This document shows positions 26,341 through 39,237 of a DNA stretch of 64,000 nt, piece after piece. Source of the stretch: Octopus sinensis (lineage: Eukaryota); contig NC_043003.1 in the NCBI RefSeq assembly GCF_006345805.1, positions 56,544,001 to 56,608,000 on the forward strand. The letters are read 5' to 3'. The notes beneath the pieces were generated by a model. That model ran no database searches, was not told where the DNA came from, and saw only the letters and a program-made list of their open reading frames with translations. The translations under genes were made by a program, and so were the position numbers. Numbering within the stretch: the first letter of the stretch is position 1; each line of letters opens with the position of its first letter.

Positions 26341-26880
26341 AGAGCTGCTTAGAATTCATAAATGCACACCAGCAAATGGACCCTATACTGTTTTCATTCT
26401 TTATCACAAACCAACGATTAGAGTTCGTTTCGTAGTTACACAATTACATGGGGCTGCGCAGCTGCAAAATTATAGCGAGCTATCAACGTTTATAGTTCTC
26501 GATCACTTGTAGGATGAGTTGTCTCACCTTGTTTGAGGAATATTGTGGGTTTTCAACTCTGGACGGCTTAAAGCGACATTTTCACTGGCGTTACTCCGTA
26601 GTTAAGGAGAGAATGAACAAAATACATACAGTAAGTATATGGTATCCATAGTGTTTGCATTATTAGAAGTGCTTATTACTCGTAATATATTTTATATTAT
26701 TTCTATATCGTGGTTATGTGGTGAAAAGTTTGCTTCCCAACCTCAAGATTTCTATATTAAATACATACTGAAGGTGTGCACATTTATTGTTCACAGAGTG
26801 AAACGCTTATTATAATAGACTACCGAATAGGTTAGGCTTCGAAAACATTTCTTTAAGGCTTTTGCAATATAATGGCACAA

Positions 26881-27100
26881 GAAGGCGGAGAGCTAGCAAA
26901 AAAGTTAGCACGCCGGGCGAAAAGCTTAGCGGCATTTCGCCTGTCTTTACGTTATGAATTCAAATTCCACCAAGGTCGACTTTGCCCGTCATCCTTTCAG
27001 GGTCGATAAAGTAAGTACGATTTGCGTTCTGGGATCGATCTAATCAACTAGTCCTCACCTCTCCCCAAATTTCGGACCTTGTGCCTAGAGTAGAAAAGAA
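26881..27100 (+). mobile_element. SINE family B
   Basis: ggagagctagcaaaaaagttagcacgccgggcgaaaagcttagcggcatttcg...aggtcgactttgcc. Confidence 0.85.
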
Positions 27101-27727
27101 TATAAGAGCACAAACTTTAAACAAAAAGTGGAAAAGAAAGAGAGACTGGGAGAGAGATTGAATGATATAAAGAGATACCTGGATAGCTAGATATGTTAAT
27201 GGAAATGTTTAATTCTAAAATAGATCGGAGGATAAAGTTTGCATGTGGATATGTATCTGACAACAGGATTTGTCAAATGTCAATACTCCAATAGCCCTAA
27301 AGAGTTCAACGTTCTAACTTTTACTGTAGTTGCTGCGTTTCCAGACGTCTTGTCTTAATTGATAAATAGGTCTCTAGGATTAATTACTTGTGGATATATT
27401 GTTAGATACGTAAGTTAAATAGTGGCTATGCCTGTACGTTGCTAAGTAAGGTGTTATATAGCTAGGTTCGTGGGGATACACTACGTAGATACACAAAGTT
27501 CTGTTCGGTTTTGTTTGATTTAGCTCGAAGTCTGTCTTGAATGATTATATTTAAGGATAAATGCATTCTATCCATGATAGCCTCACCATATGACGGCCTC
27601 CCAATGTCAGCTTCATCACATCAGTATTTCCCAGAATGAGCGGTACAACCCGCCTGGGGCAGTGGAAAGATCCAATGTGGCGTTGAAGAAAGGTGGGGCG
27701 ATAATGGAGTAACCATGTAAAAACAAC

Positions 27728-27779
27728 AAAATAAAGGGTTAATTAAGTTAATTTAATTATTTAATTAACCCTTTATTTT
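27728..27779. repeat. 19-bp perfect inverted repeat, 14-nt spacer
   Basis: aaaataaagggttaattaa / ttaattaaccctttatttt. Confidence 0.85.
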
Positions 27780-29067
27780 TGGTATGAATTTGCTGCAGGA
27801 AGAGGTCAGTCCTTGAGGTGTTGAGTGAAGGGGCGAGGCACTAGCAATGTGGTATTGGTGTCAAGGTTGCGGCAACCCGAGAAGTTTTGGATTCACTACT
27901 CTACATTATTAATCGTGTCCTTTTTTATGTCATTAGGGTCAGGATATGATATGAAAGGAATTTTCTAGGCTTTTCAAGCAGACCGAGCGAACATAGAGAT
28001 GATTTATTTTGTTCACAATAGAATAAGAAATATTAATATTGTAGATGCCGTTGTTTTTAACTTGGCAGATGAGTAAAAAAATCTATAATCAAAAGCGTTC
28101 CAGCTCTGACCATCACAGTTTCAATTAGACATAGCTGAAAAAGAGTCAAGTCGCCCAGTGCATATTTGCCTCTTCCCTGTAGAACATAGTGATGAGTCAC
28201 CAAGTAACGAAGTATTGTAGAAATGTAAACGGTAAAGTGATATGTTTGAAAAGGAAAGCGTTGTGCATGGAAGAATGATGTAACGAAAATAGAGGTTGAA
28301 ACAAATAATAGGAGATAAGCATGAAATCAATATTTATACATCTTAAAGTAGTGCATCGTTAGAAGCGGTCGAATGATGGGGCAAAATGTCACTTTATACC
28401 TTTCCAATTTGAATTCGAATTCTGAAATGTTTGACATTGACATTGACCTCTATGGAATAATAGAATAAATAACAGTTAGGCAATCACAATATGCCTCTTC
28501 TATTCTACAAATCAGCATATTTGTATGGCAAGTTGGATTTCACGGGAAATGGTGGCTGGTGCCTAACTCGAAAACCCGAAGCTTTATTCGTGTTTAGGAC
28601 CAGGTAGCATCCTTAATTGAATAACAATAGTAATTGAGAAATAATAGCTACCGGTATAAATAGATTTCTTGAGCTTGTTAAATAACAGAGAAGAAGCAAT
28701 GGAAATAATGATACTTAACCTTTGTATTACGTTATGTCATGATGAGGAATTCATTAGAAGAGTGGAAAACGGCAGCCAAAGGAACAAGCAAAGGAAGATG
28801 ATCTTAGTAATTCTTCAAATTAAGGTCGAATCTCTTATCTTCAAATGACTAATAAAACGAGAGAGATAAATGACAAAATTTTCAGATGCAATCTGGATTT
28901 CATATAATGTGATCATAGATGGGTGCCAGCTTTATATTACGGTACCTAATTGAAAAAAGAATTATAGGGTAGGGTATAAATCAACGGCAACCACTAATCT
29001 GTCGATTTCTCGAAGGATTTTGATAATGCCATGAAAATTGTAAATAGAGGATCATCAGAAATGAATG

Positions 29068-30179
29068 CAATTCTCTAATGTTTAGTGTTCATGTTGAAAT
29101 ATATAAATTATATTCTAATTATTTTGTACTAGTTAATGGAGAATGATTAATATTTTTGCTGTTGAAACTAGTGTTTATTTGCCTTCTGATACATTTTGGA
29201 CTGACGCAATATGATTGAAAACACAGACCTATGTGGAATAGTAGATGATCTAATGTGATTTCGATTTTACCGATGAATCTGAACTGATAACATGAAATAT
29301 TCTTGCAAACATGGTTGATCTTTGTAAAAATGTCAACTTTGAATTCGGAAAGATAGAAAACTTAAATGAAAACTAATGAATATCTAATGTGAATTTGAGA
29401 TGAATATAATAATAATAAATAACCTTAATATAGTAAAACACTCTATTACAATTACTTAGGGGGTGTGGGTCTGTATCGGCTTCGAGTCCTTTTTAACCGC
29501 ATTTGTTCGAAAGGCCTGCACAAGATTTTGCTGCAGATTGACAGGAGTTACAACTTTCAATTCTTTACAGTAATAACGTTCTTCAAAAGAATGTTAACCA
29601 CTTTCAGGCCAGCTCGACACCAGTGGCGGTGCAGGTGTCCCCTGTAAAATCCGCAAGTGATCTGAAACAGACGACACAAGTTATCAGGCTAATCGCTGAA
29701 ACGTTTTTTACTACCCATTGCCCTGTATTTAATCATTTATAGACCTCAAGAGGAAAGGATGACAAAATTGGGACTTTGGTAGGATTTGAACTCACACACA
29801 GGGGTCTCAAACAATGTCCCTAGCCATTCTATCTACAATTCTCTAATGTTTAGTGTTCATGTTGAAATATATAAATTATATGCTAATTATTTTGTACTAG
29901 TTAATGGAGAATGATTAATTTTTTTGCTGTTGAAACTAGTGTTTATTTGCCTTCTGATACATTTTGAACTGACGCAATATGATTGAAAGCACAGACATAT
30001 GTGGAATAGTAGATGATCTAATGTGATTTCGATTTTACCGATGAATTTGAACTGATAAGATGAAATATTCTTGCTTTGAATTCGGAAAGATAGAAAACTT
30101 AAATGAAAACTAATGAATATCTAATGTGAATTTGACATGAATATAATAATAATAAATAACCTTAATATAGTAAAACACT
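29068..30179 (+). repeat. Direct duplication (29068-29442 / 29836-30179) around a ~390-bp spacer
   Basis: Near-identical AT-rich copies; copy 2 lacks 31 nt (aaacatggttgatctttgtaaaaatgtcaac). Confidence 0.95.
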
Positions 30180-30480
30180 TCAATGTTCCACTTTCACATA
30201 TATAGGAGGTATTGCACGCACGAATGGATGCAATACCAGTGAGGATAAGACAAGTGTTGATAAAAATGGGGCCGCAATTTAGACATAGTGTGAATTTAAC
30301 CTAAAAACATCAGCATAAATCCGACTATGAATGCCTACAGTTCAAAATTCACAATTTATTCCCATCTCTGGCAATAAAATTCAGTACATATACATATGCG
30401 ATGTAAAAGCATTGGACGCATACCATACTAAGTCTTGCCATTACGCCGTATATAATGCAGAAAGGTATATTTACAAATAC

Positions 30481-30841
30481 TTGTTTCAGTCATGTGACTG
30501 TGGCCATGCTGGAACACCGCCTTTAGTCGAGTAAATCGACCCCAGGACTCATTCTTTGTAAGCCTGGTACTTATTCTATCGATCTCTTTTGCTAAACACA
30601 CCAGCATCGGCTGTCAAGCGATGTTGGGGGACAAACATAGGCACACAATCACATACACACACACATATGTATATATAAATATATACGACGGGATTCTTTC
30701 AGTTTCCGCCTACCAAATCCACTCATCAGGGTTTGGTCGGCCTGTGGCTATAGTAGAAGATACTTGCTCAAAGGGCCACGCTGCGGGACTGAACCCGGAA
30801 GCATGTGGTTCATAAGCAAGCTACTTACCACACAGCCACTC
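30481..30841 (-). mobile_element. SINE family A
   Basis: Tail tgtttcagtcatgtgactgtggccatgctggaacacc; head agcaagctacttaccacacagccac. Confidence 0.9.
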
Positions 30842-31093
30842 AATGTATAACGAACGAAAGGAGAGCACAAGGAACGAATGGTAACATGAAAGTGAACGTA
30901 GTTGTGTCATAGTTTGGGATCACGAAGTGCAACAATACTGGAAAAGGTCTATCCTGATACGACATCTGCGTTCTGTGCACGCATATGTGTGTGTGCGTCT
31001 AATGAGCGTGTGTATATACATATATAGACACACATATATATAGACACATATGCACACGTACATGCGCCCACACTCACATATACAAAACACACA

Positions 31094-31141
<48 letters not shown>

Positions 31142-32341
31142 CATATATACGAAACTGAGAAACTATTCTTCTTTCGAGCCAATGTGCAAAACGAAAGCAG
31201 ACATGGACTATCACTTATACGTTTAAAATTTACATAATATATTTTTTACATTTCTCATTTAAAAAATCTCTTCTGAAAAAAGAAAAACTACGGAACATCA
31301 ATATCTCAGAGCAGGAAGTCAGATAAATAATCAGCTATTTTTCTTATGCTAATATTTCGAGATAATATGTGGTGGAGTTGTGGGAGCTGCTGAACTGTTA
31401 CGTAGCATCAATCAATCAAAGTAACTTGGAAAATATGTGTTATTAAAGATAGCAATGTATACTAATAATAATTTCTTTGTAATTAGAATAGCATCTTCAA
31501 ACTTTAAGTTCGCAATATTTCTTTTCTAGTCTTCGTGCTCAATCACACCACTTTTTATGATATACCGACCTAACAGCGAATCATTTTATAAATATACTCC
31601 ATAATACGGATGTGCAATTTGCAAGAAGCGTTACTGTTGTAAAATCCGCCATATTTATCACAAATTATAAAATATTACGCAGGCCCGTAGAGAAACCCAA
31701 AATTACACCTTGAGCACTTGATTTAATTGAAATAGAGGATAAATAGATTCATACTCAACAATAACGATATATACATGTGTGTGGGTGTTGTGAGTGAAAT
31801 AGTTATATACATATATATAATCCCATAATCATGCGATCTATGCTAGTAAAATCGGTGCTCCCGGCAAACCGTGACGTTTAAGGTGCATGCTTATTTGTCA
31901 ATACCCTATTCGAAAAATTCAGCCACTAAAAGGTATAAAAAGAAAGAGGTCAGTCATTTTACTACAGTTGTCATGAACTCAACTGTCGCTTAAAACATTT
32001 TGAAGTCTGGTGATTAGTACGAATGTATGAAATTATTAATTGAACTTCATAAATATTACAAATTTTTTCTGTTTAACACACTTCAGCATTGTAAAAGACT
32101 TTCTTTAATGAATACAACAATTAACAAAGGTGAAAACCAAACCATGTCGTAGTTTTATTCAATTGATATATTCTTCTATATACATTTACAGAAATTCGGA
32201 ATATATATATATATATAAGGCCAAAAGGATGAAGAAAACATCCAGAACCCAACGAAAAACAAAACCGAGAAACCTAGAACACAGGGAAACAATGACACAT
32301 GTCCAGCTCCCAACACCACAACTGAAGACCAAAGAGGTACG

Positions 32342-32929
32342 ATGGCCACAAGAAAAGAAAAGCACCCTAAAATTGATGGGAAACAGGAGGTAAAAGGCGA
32401 CAAAATCAAAGTTAAAAGAAACCCTGTCCAGAGAAAACAAAAGGACCCCAGCAAGAACTATAAGGGCAAAGAAAGAAACATCTGCAAACTCTACCTGAAA
32501 GGGGACTGTTGGTACAGCGTCGAAGGTGCGAACTGTCGCTTTGCACATCAGAGGCCCTACCAAAACCGCACGGACGCGAGACAGGGGTCCCTCCCTTGGG
32601 GAGAACAAACAGAAACAGAAAAAGAAAAAGAAAAATATAAAAGAAGGAAAAAAAGCGCACTGACCACTCCTGAAAGACGATATGCGGATGTGGTGCGCGG
32701 TAACCCAACAAATGGCCAGCTTCACCCAGATGTGAGAAGGGCAGCAGCTGAACAGCAATCTTTTTTGTGCATGGCACAAAAAATCGTTCAGCAGCTGACC
32801 TGGCTACAAGCACGAAGCTGGAACTACCACCAACAGATGCAAGATGGCCACCACAGACACCAACACCAACACACACACCACAAACATATTTCCACTGAAC
32901 GTAGGAGGGCTGCTGCGCGGAAACTGTAA
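32342..32929 (+). pseudogene. LINE ORF1 remnant with a CCCH zinc finger
   Basis: CKLYLKGDCWYSVEGANCRFAH (C-x7-C-x8-C-x3-H) in a Lys-rich region directly upstream of ORF2. Confidence 0.7.
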
Positions 32930-35663
32930 AAGGTAAATCTCATTCTTGAGAGACCTTGTGACATGCAATCAAGCTATATGCATGGCACTCACAGAAACGC
33001 ATCTTGAACCCGATATAGGTGATGCAGAAATACACAATCCGCAATATGCAGTCATACGCACAGATAGAAAAGGGAGGAGCCATGGTTGAGTTGCAATGTA
33101 CATCCGAGATCACCTCACGCCCCAGGTCCTGTTGTCATATTCAAACTCAGTGTGTGAAACTCAAATTTTACACATAAGACAACTGAATATTGTCATATGC
33201 ACAACATATCGCCCACCAGATGCCCCAAAACACTCAGGCATGTTTGAAGACTGCCTAACAAAAATAGAAGTCCTCACCAACCTTGAACAACACAACAGTG
33301 TATTCTTCATGGGTGACTTTAACCTCCCCAATGTGGAATGGCCTGGTGGGGCAGATGCTCCCAGGGATGACACACCATCAGCAGGCACAGGTAGAGTCCC
33401 TGCTCCATCTCACAAATGCCTCTTTCATGGAGCAAATAGTTCTGCAACCAACAAGGGCAGATAATATACTGGATCTCTGCTTCACAAACAATATGGATAT
33501 TATCCATAATGTTAATGTAATGCCGACAATGATCTCGGATCACAACATAATAGAGCTGTCTATGTATGGAACAAAAGCCCCCGTAGACACACAGCCTATA
33601 CGAAGCATCCACCATCTCTCCAACTTAAACTTTCATAAAGCCAACTGGAAGTTGATTGAGAAAGAGATCCTCGAACAGGATTGGCCTGAATGTCTCTCCA
33701 CACCGGACATAAACATGAAACACAAACACTTCATGTCCATAATACAAGCCATATGTGACAAATATGTCCCAGTGTGCAGGGCCATCACACACAAGAACCA
33801 AAACAGGATCCCTAGAGAAAGGAGGATTCTTATGAGACGACGGACAAGGATTGCGAACCGCCTGAGCAAGCACACCAAAAGTGGTGAGAAGTCTCGAAAG
33901 AATGCTAATGGAAACTGAGAAAAGTCTGCATCAGTCCCATGAAAAGGAGAGAGCAGATAAAGAAGCTTGGGTAATAGAAAATATAAAATCAAACCCTAAA
34001 GCTTTCTTTAAGTTTGCCAAAGAGACAGCCACAGTGCACCAGAGAATAGGACTTCTCTTCCAAAAAGATGGCTTATCCATGAGGATAAGTGAAATACTGA
34101 ACGAACAGTTCCAAAGTGTGTTCACTACACCTCTAGGACACAGGCAAGTAAACAACCCAGAAGAATTCTTTGCCACTTTACCTGCGGCCAAAGAGGCAAA
34201 AATTGAGTACATCAACATCGAAGATGATGATATCACACTAGCCATAGATGAGATTAACACAAACTCAGCTGCTGGACCTGATGGATTCCCAGCTATCCTT
34301 CTCAAATCCTGCAAACGAGCCATAGAAAAACCGCTACAGCTTCTTTTTCAGAGCTTTCTTGCAAGTGGTAACCTCCCAGTCAAATTGAAAGAGGGGTAAT
34401 ATGCCCTATCCATAAGGGAGGTAGCAGAGCAGATGCTAAAAATTATAGGCCTATCTCTCTGACCTCACGTATCAGCAAAGTCATGGAACGAATAGTCCGT
34501 AAGAAACTAATCAGGTTCCTTGAAGAAAATGACTTGCTGTCTGACACCCAGCATGGATTTCGACCTGATAGAGGCTGCCTAACACAGCTCCTGCAACACA
34601 ATGACTGTGTGTTGAAACAGCTACTAAACGGCTCAAATGTGGATGTAATACATCTCGACTTTGCAAAGGCCTTTGATAAGATCGACCATGGTATGATCTG
34701 TCACAAACTGCGTGGTCTCGGCATAGGCGGAAAACTTGGAGAGTGGCTGCACAACTTTCTAAAAGACAGAAAACAGGCAGTTGTGAGCAATGGAACCACC
34801 TCCAAGGAAACGCAAATAACAAGCGGTGTCCCACAGGGCACTGTCTTGGGGCCACTGATGTTCATAGTGGCCCTTTCAGACATGCCTTCAGTTGCTACGA
34901 TTACCACCCTTGCTAGCTATGCAGATGACATAAAAGTCTCCCACGCAATACAAAACCCAGAAAATATTGCGCATCTGCAACAGGAGTTGGACACAATATA
35001 CAGGTGGGCCCAGGAAGAATTGTAATCCCTGAGTCAAAATCAGTGCGTGACCAGGGCATTGACATGAGCAATGATGCATCTTTCCAAGTGCATATTGCTA
35101 ATCTGGTGATCAAATGCAGACGGCTAGCTGGATGGATTCTCCGAACTTTCAGAACAAGAGAGAAGGAGACACTGATAGTCGTATGGAAAACATTCGTCCT
35201 CAGCCGCTTGGACTACTGCTCCCAAATGTGTTCACCACACAATATAAAACTAACAGCAGAACTCGAAGCAATTCAGAGAAACTACACAAAGAAAATCGTC
35301 TCAATGCAAAACATCAGCTACTGGGAAAGACTGAAGGTATTAAACCTCTTCTCCCTAGAGTGGAGGTGGGGGAGATATGCGGTGATATACATCTGGAAAA
35401 TCCTGGAGGGTCTTGTCCCAAACTCTGGCATTCAAAGTTACCCCAACCGCAGAACGAGGCGCCACTGCATGGTGCCAAGGATTCCAACATCACCATCAAA
35501 ATACAGGTCCAGATACTGCAACAGCTTGGGTTTCAGAGGACCACAGCTCTTTAACATCCTCCCTAAATGCCTGAGAGACTTACATGGTGTGCATGTGGGT
35601 TTCTTTAAAACTAAACTGGATCTCTTCTTGTTGGGAGTCCCAGATGAGACTACCTCACGATAG
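32890..35663 (+). pseudogene. LINE ORF2 (APE endonuclease + reverse transcriptase), disrupted
   Basis: Pieces in the ORF track: 33096-33464, 33283-33918, 33881-34399, 34483-35025, 35004-35663. Confidence 0.9.
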
Positions 35664-35844
35664 GAGACGCGGATGCGGGCAGCAGCATCGAACTCCCTTG
35701 TTGATCAACTGCCACGAATCAGAGGTGGATTCACAAATTAGTGTAGCTCATTCAGCGCTGGTGCCCCAGCATGGCCGCGGCCTTCGGGCTAAAACATTTT
35801 TAATGATTTAAGGATCTAAGGATATATATATATATATATAATAT

Positions 35845-35915
<71 letters not shown>

Positions 35916-35931
35916 TTATGTATGTATATGC

Positions 35932-35964
<33 letters not shown>

Positions 35965-35995
35965 CATATATATACATACATATATATATATATAT

Positions 35996-36332
35996 GGGTA
36001 AAGACCCCCTTCGGTCATGAATGACCATGGGATTGCACCTAGAATGTTACCCTCCTAGACACAAGTCCAGGCAAGTTTGTTTATGGAAGGCTAGCAGTCG
36101 CCCATGCATACCAGCCTCCCCTCTCCACGCCACCAGTGTTATCCAAGGGAAAGACAAAGGTCGATACAGCTTGGCATCTGTGACGTCGCAACTCATTTCT
36201 ACAGCTGAGTGAACTGGAGCAACGTGAAATAAAGTGCCTTGCTCGAGAACACAACACGCAGCCCGGTCCGGGATTCGAGCTCACAACCTCACGATCGTAA
36301 GCTCGACGCTCTAACCACTGAGCCATGCGCCT
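35996..36332 (-). mobile_element. tRNA-derived SINE, family C, full length and little diverged
   Basis: Minus strand ggcgcatggctcagtggttagagcgtcgagc (box A)...gagctcgaatcccgg (box B)...cactcagctgtagaaatgagttgc; its 5' end is re-duplicated at 36355-36373. Confidence 0.9.
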
Positions 36333-36982
36333 GTATATATACATATACGTATATACCACTGAGCCATGCGCCTGTATATATATATACATATACATATATA
36401 CATGTAAACGACTTCATTGAGATGAATAAAAAACCAAAATAATGATCCGCGTAAGGTTACTATTGACGCTTCTTCAAACAGGTTGCTATGCCATCTCTTT
36501 TAACATTTTACTAATTAACTGATACAATATTATCATCTTACTATGTCATATACATTTAAGGCAACCTTTTACGTTTGGAGCGCTAATGAAGATTTGACAA
36601 TGGAATAATTGAGATGAAATATAAGTTTTGGGATGTGAAATAAACACGACACTCCTAGCAGAATTTTTATCGATCATGGATTTTTCAAAAGATTACAAAA
36701 GTAGTAGAAATTTCATGAATTTGTTCTTTCCTTTTAGTTACCCCTACTTATGCAGATATCAATAATTCTCTATAGATTTATGAATCACTGCACTTGGACA
36801 TTCACTAATTTATACTTCAAGAATTTAGTCACGAATGTCGTATCCATATATGCTGATGTGATATTTAATATTGCTGTGAATATAAACTGTAATGTTGTGT
36901 CTGGGGAGAGTCATTTTTTTGGTGCCTTCTAATGTAACACACCCACCGGTAAAATTTCCACTTACTTCTTATTTTTATTTTC

Positions 36983-37019
36983 CTAAAATTTTCGTTGCGT
37001 CTTGCAACCTTTTCAATAG
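36983..37019 (-). ncRNA. Minimal type-I hammerhead, U3-A8 core variant
   Basis: Minus strand CTA|TTGAAAA G|GTTGC aagac GCAAC|GAA AATT T|TAG: 3-bp stem I, 5-bp stem II, palindromic AATT stem III. Confidence 0.6.
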
Positions 37020-37224
37020 TCTTCCTTCAACACACGAACTCATATAAAGAATCTTGCAAACCAAATCCAAATACGAAATATAAACTATAATCTTTTCCAA
37101 CACTGAACCTTTTAAATAACGTTGTGGTCGAATGTTCAACGTTTTTGATCTAATTTTCAAACCATTGGTATCATCTCACCATTCTCGCTTCTCCCTATTT
37201 TCCCGTTTCTATTCTGATCCAATG

Positions 37225-37505
37225 TGAGAGTGCATGTCCTAGTTGTTACGGTGTTGCATTCACGATCTCGAGGTCATGACTTCAGTTTCTACACCTGGCG
37301 ATACCTTGTTTTCTTAAACGAAACACTAGCAGCTTGTTTTGCTCTACGATCACTTTGTCACGTGATGTGTGGTGCACTGAGCACCGACCTAGGCAAAGTT
37401 GAGTTGATGGGATGAGCAAGCTAATGTACAGTGCATAGATTTGATTACTAAATCCGATTAACAAACCGTTTGTGCGCGTTGTTCAAAAAGAAATTGCAGA
37501 ACCGG
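37225..37505 (+). mobile_element. Old tRNA-derived SINE, family E
   Basis: Degenerate tRNA-like head gagagtgcatgtcctagttgttacggtg...cacgatctcgaggtcatgacttcagttt; body recalled as an octopus repeat, not verified. Confidence 0.4.
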
Positions 37506-37634
37506 CTTTCGTAGATAACGAGAGACTACTATCATTCAAAGTTTCTATAAAAGACAGGGTGGGATTCAAAAAAGGAGAAAATATAACGATAAACGTAGGC
37601 AGAAATGAAAGAAAAAAACAAAGGTGTCGTCATC

Positions 37635-37718
37635 ACACAAAATACAACTGACGTCAGACAGAATACCGTGGACGTCACACAAAATAGCTCTGATGTCAAA
37701 CAAAATACCACCGACGTC
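37635..37718 (+). repeat. 21-bp minisatellite, 4 diverged units
   Basis: acacaaaatacaactgacgtc/agacagaataccgtggacgtc/acacaaaatagctctgatgtc/aaacaaaataccaccgacgtc. Confidence 0.85.
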
Positions 37719-37765
37719 ATCACCAAGGATCTTCTAATACTATCAGACTACATAATTCTAATTTG

Positions 37766-37921
37766 GGGCGGCGAGCTGGGAGAATCGTTAGCACGCCGGA
37801 CGAAATGCCTAGCGGTATTTCGAATGCCGTTACGTTCTGAGTTCTAATTCAGCTGAGGTCGACTTTGCATTTCATCGTTTCAGGGTCGATTCAATAATTA
37901 CCATTTACGTATATATATATA

Positions 37922-37954
<33 letters not shown>

Positions 37955-38051
37955 CGTATATATACATATATATATGTATATATAAATGTAATCGACTTAA
38001 TCCATTTTTCTGTCCTTGTTTGTTCCTTGTATGTTTAGCTCCATGTGAGCA

Positions 38052-38053
<2 letters not shown>
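37766..38053 (+). mobile_element. SINE family B split by a (TA)n expansion
   Basis: ggcgagctgggagaatcgttagcacgccggacgaaatgc...; resumes at aatgtaatcgacttaatcc after the TA run. Confidence 0.85.
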
Positions 38054-38105
<52 letters not shown>

Positions 38106-38550
38106 ATATCACTAGTTTTCTATATCCCTCTAAATTGCTAATTCTGAAAAAGAGAGTGAGGGAGAGAAGCAAAGGGTGATAATTGCATTCTAATGTAAAT
38201 TTCTGTCATACATTCTCTTACTTCGAACAGTAGCGGGTACTTTCAAGAACACAAAGACAATCAATCACATAATATGCAGGGAAATTTTTATAGGGATTAT
38301 TTGTAGCTTGGGACCGAAACTAGGGAACTGAATCTTTACACAAGACCGTTGCATGGAGTGCGAACGACAGGTTATGGCATTATTTGGCACCTACTGTATC
38401 TCAATGATTTTCTTATAAGAATGGCGTTGACGTTATACTATAATGTGGAATGCTTCGTTATCTCAAATGCTAATTCAATACACATGTAATTCACTTGATC
38501 TGCCAATTGAATTTTCGGAGACGACATCAAAAGACATCCATCCACCCAAG

Positions 38551-38643
<93 letters not shown>

Positions 38644-38710
38644 ATCTATATATATATATATATATATATATAACTCTGTGTTATGTATATATATCTAACT
38701 CTGTATATAC

Positions 38711-38741
<31 letters not shown>

Positions 38742-38751
<10 letters not shown>

Positions 38752-39079
38752 GGCTTAGTAAAATAAATTACTTTGCCGCATACTGAACTCGTTAGAAATA
38801 GCAGCTAAAAAAACTATTTCTAACACTTAAAGAAAACCTCTCTCATATAGTGTTTGAGTTGAATTGAGCAAACACTATATGAGAGAGGTTTTCTTTAAGT
38901 GTTAGAAATAGTTTTTTTAGCTGCTATTTCTAACGAGTTCAGTATGCGGCAAAGTAATTTATTTTACTAAGCCCTTTTATATAATGTAATAATTTGAATT
39001 TGCCTTAAATGGTCCCTTTGCATACTGAATACTTGGTGAAATTGATTAATTAATTAATTAATTTTACCCTCAATTGTTG

Positions 39080-39087
<8 letters not shown>
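38742..39087. mobile_element. Truncated copy of the 43741-45013 repeat family with a fold-back end (115-bp perfect arms 38742-38856 / 38869-38983)
   Basis: 38858-39087 matches 44347-44581; the left part is its reverse complement; flanked by (TA)n. Confidence 0.9.
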
Positions 39088-39124
<37 letters not shown>

Positions 39125-39204
39125 CATATATTTATATATATATAGTATATATATATAGCTTGGTAGGTATGTGGCTATGTTATAAATTGATAGAGTGACA
39201 GAGT

Positions 39205-39237
<33 letters not shown>

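Larger units (their letters stand above)
32218..35822 (+). mobile_element. Decayed near-full-length CR1/L2-group LINE (ORF1 + APE-RT ORF2 + 3' tail)
   Basis: APE motifs (LNVGGL, TETHL, YRPP, GDFNLP, LDLCFT, SDH) and RT motifs (NYRPISLTS, QHGFR, LDFAKAFDKIDH, SGVPQGTVLGP, YADD); several stops, frameshifts and a deletion near 35018; flanked by (TA)n. Confidence 0.95.

Noticed and set aside
27150-27720. Possible decayed PLE RT on the minus strand
   Set aside because: No diagnostic motif recovered
29068-30179. LTR retrotransposon interpretation of the direct repeats
   Set aside because: No TG..CA termini, PBS, PPT or TSD seen
36270-36332. tRNA gene calls at SINE heads (also 26124, 37766, 60360)
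   Set aside because: Box A/B-like heads run into SINE bodies and lack a full cloverleaf
37635-37718. CRISPR-like array
   Set aside because: Contiguous diverged units without unique spacers, eukaryotic context, no cas genes
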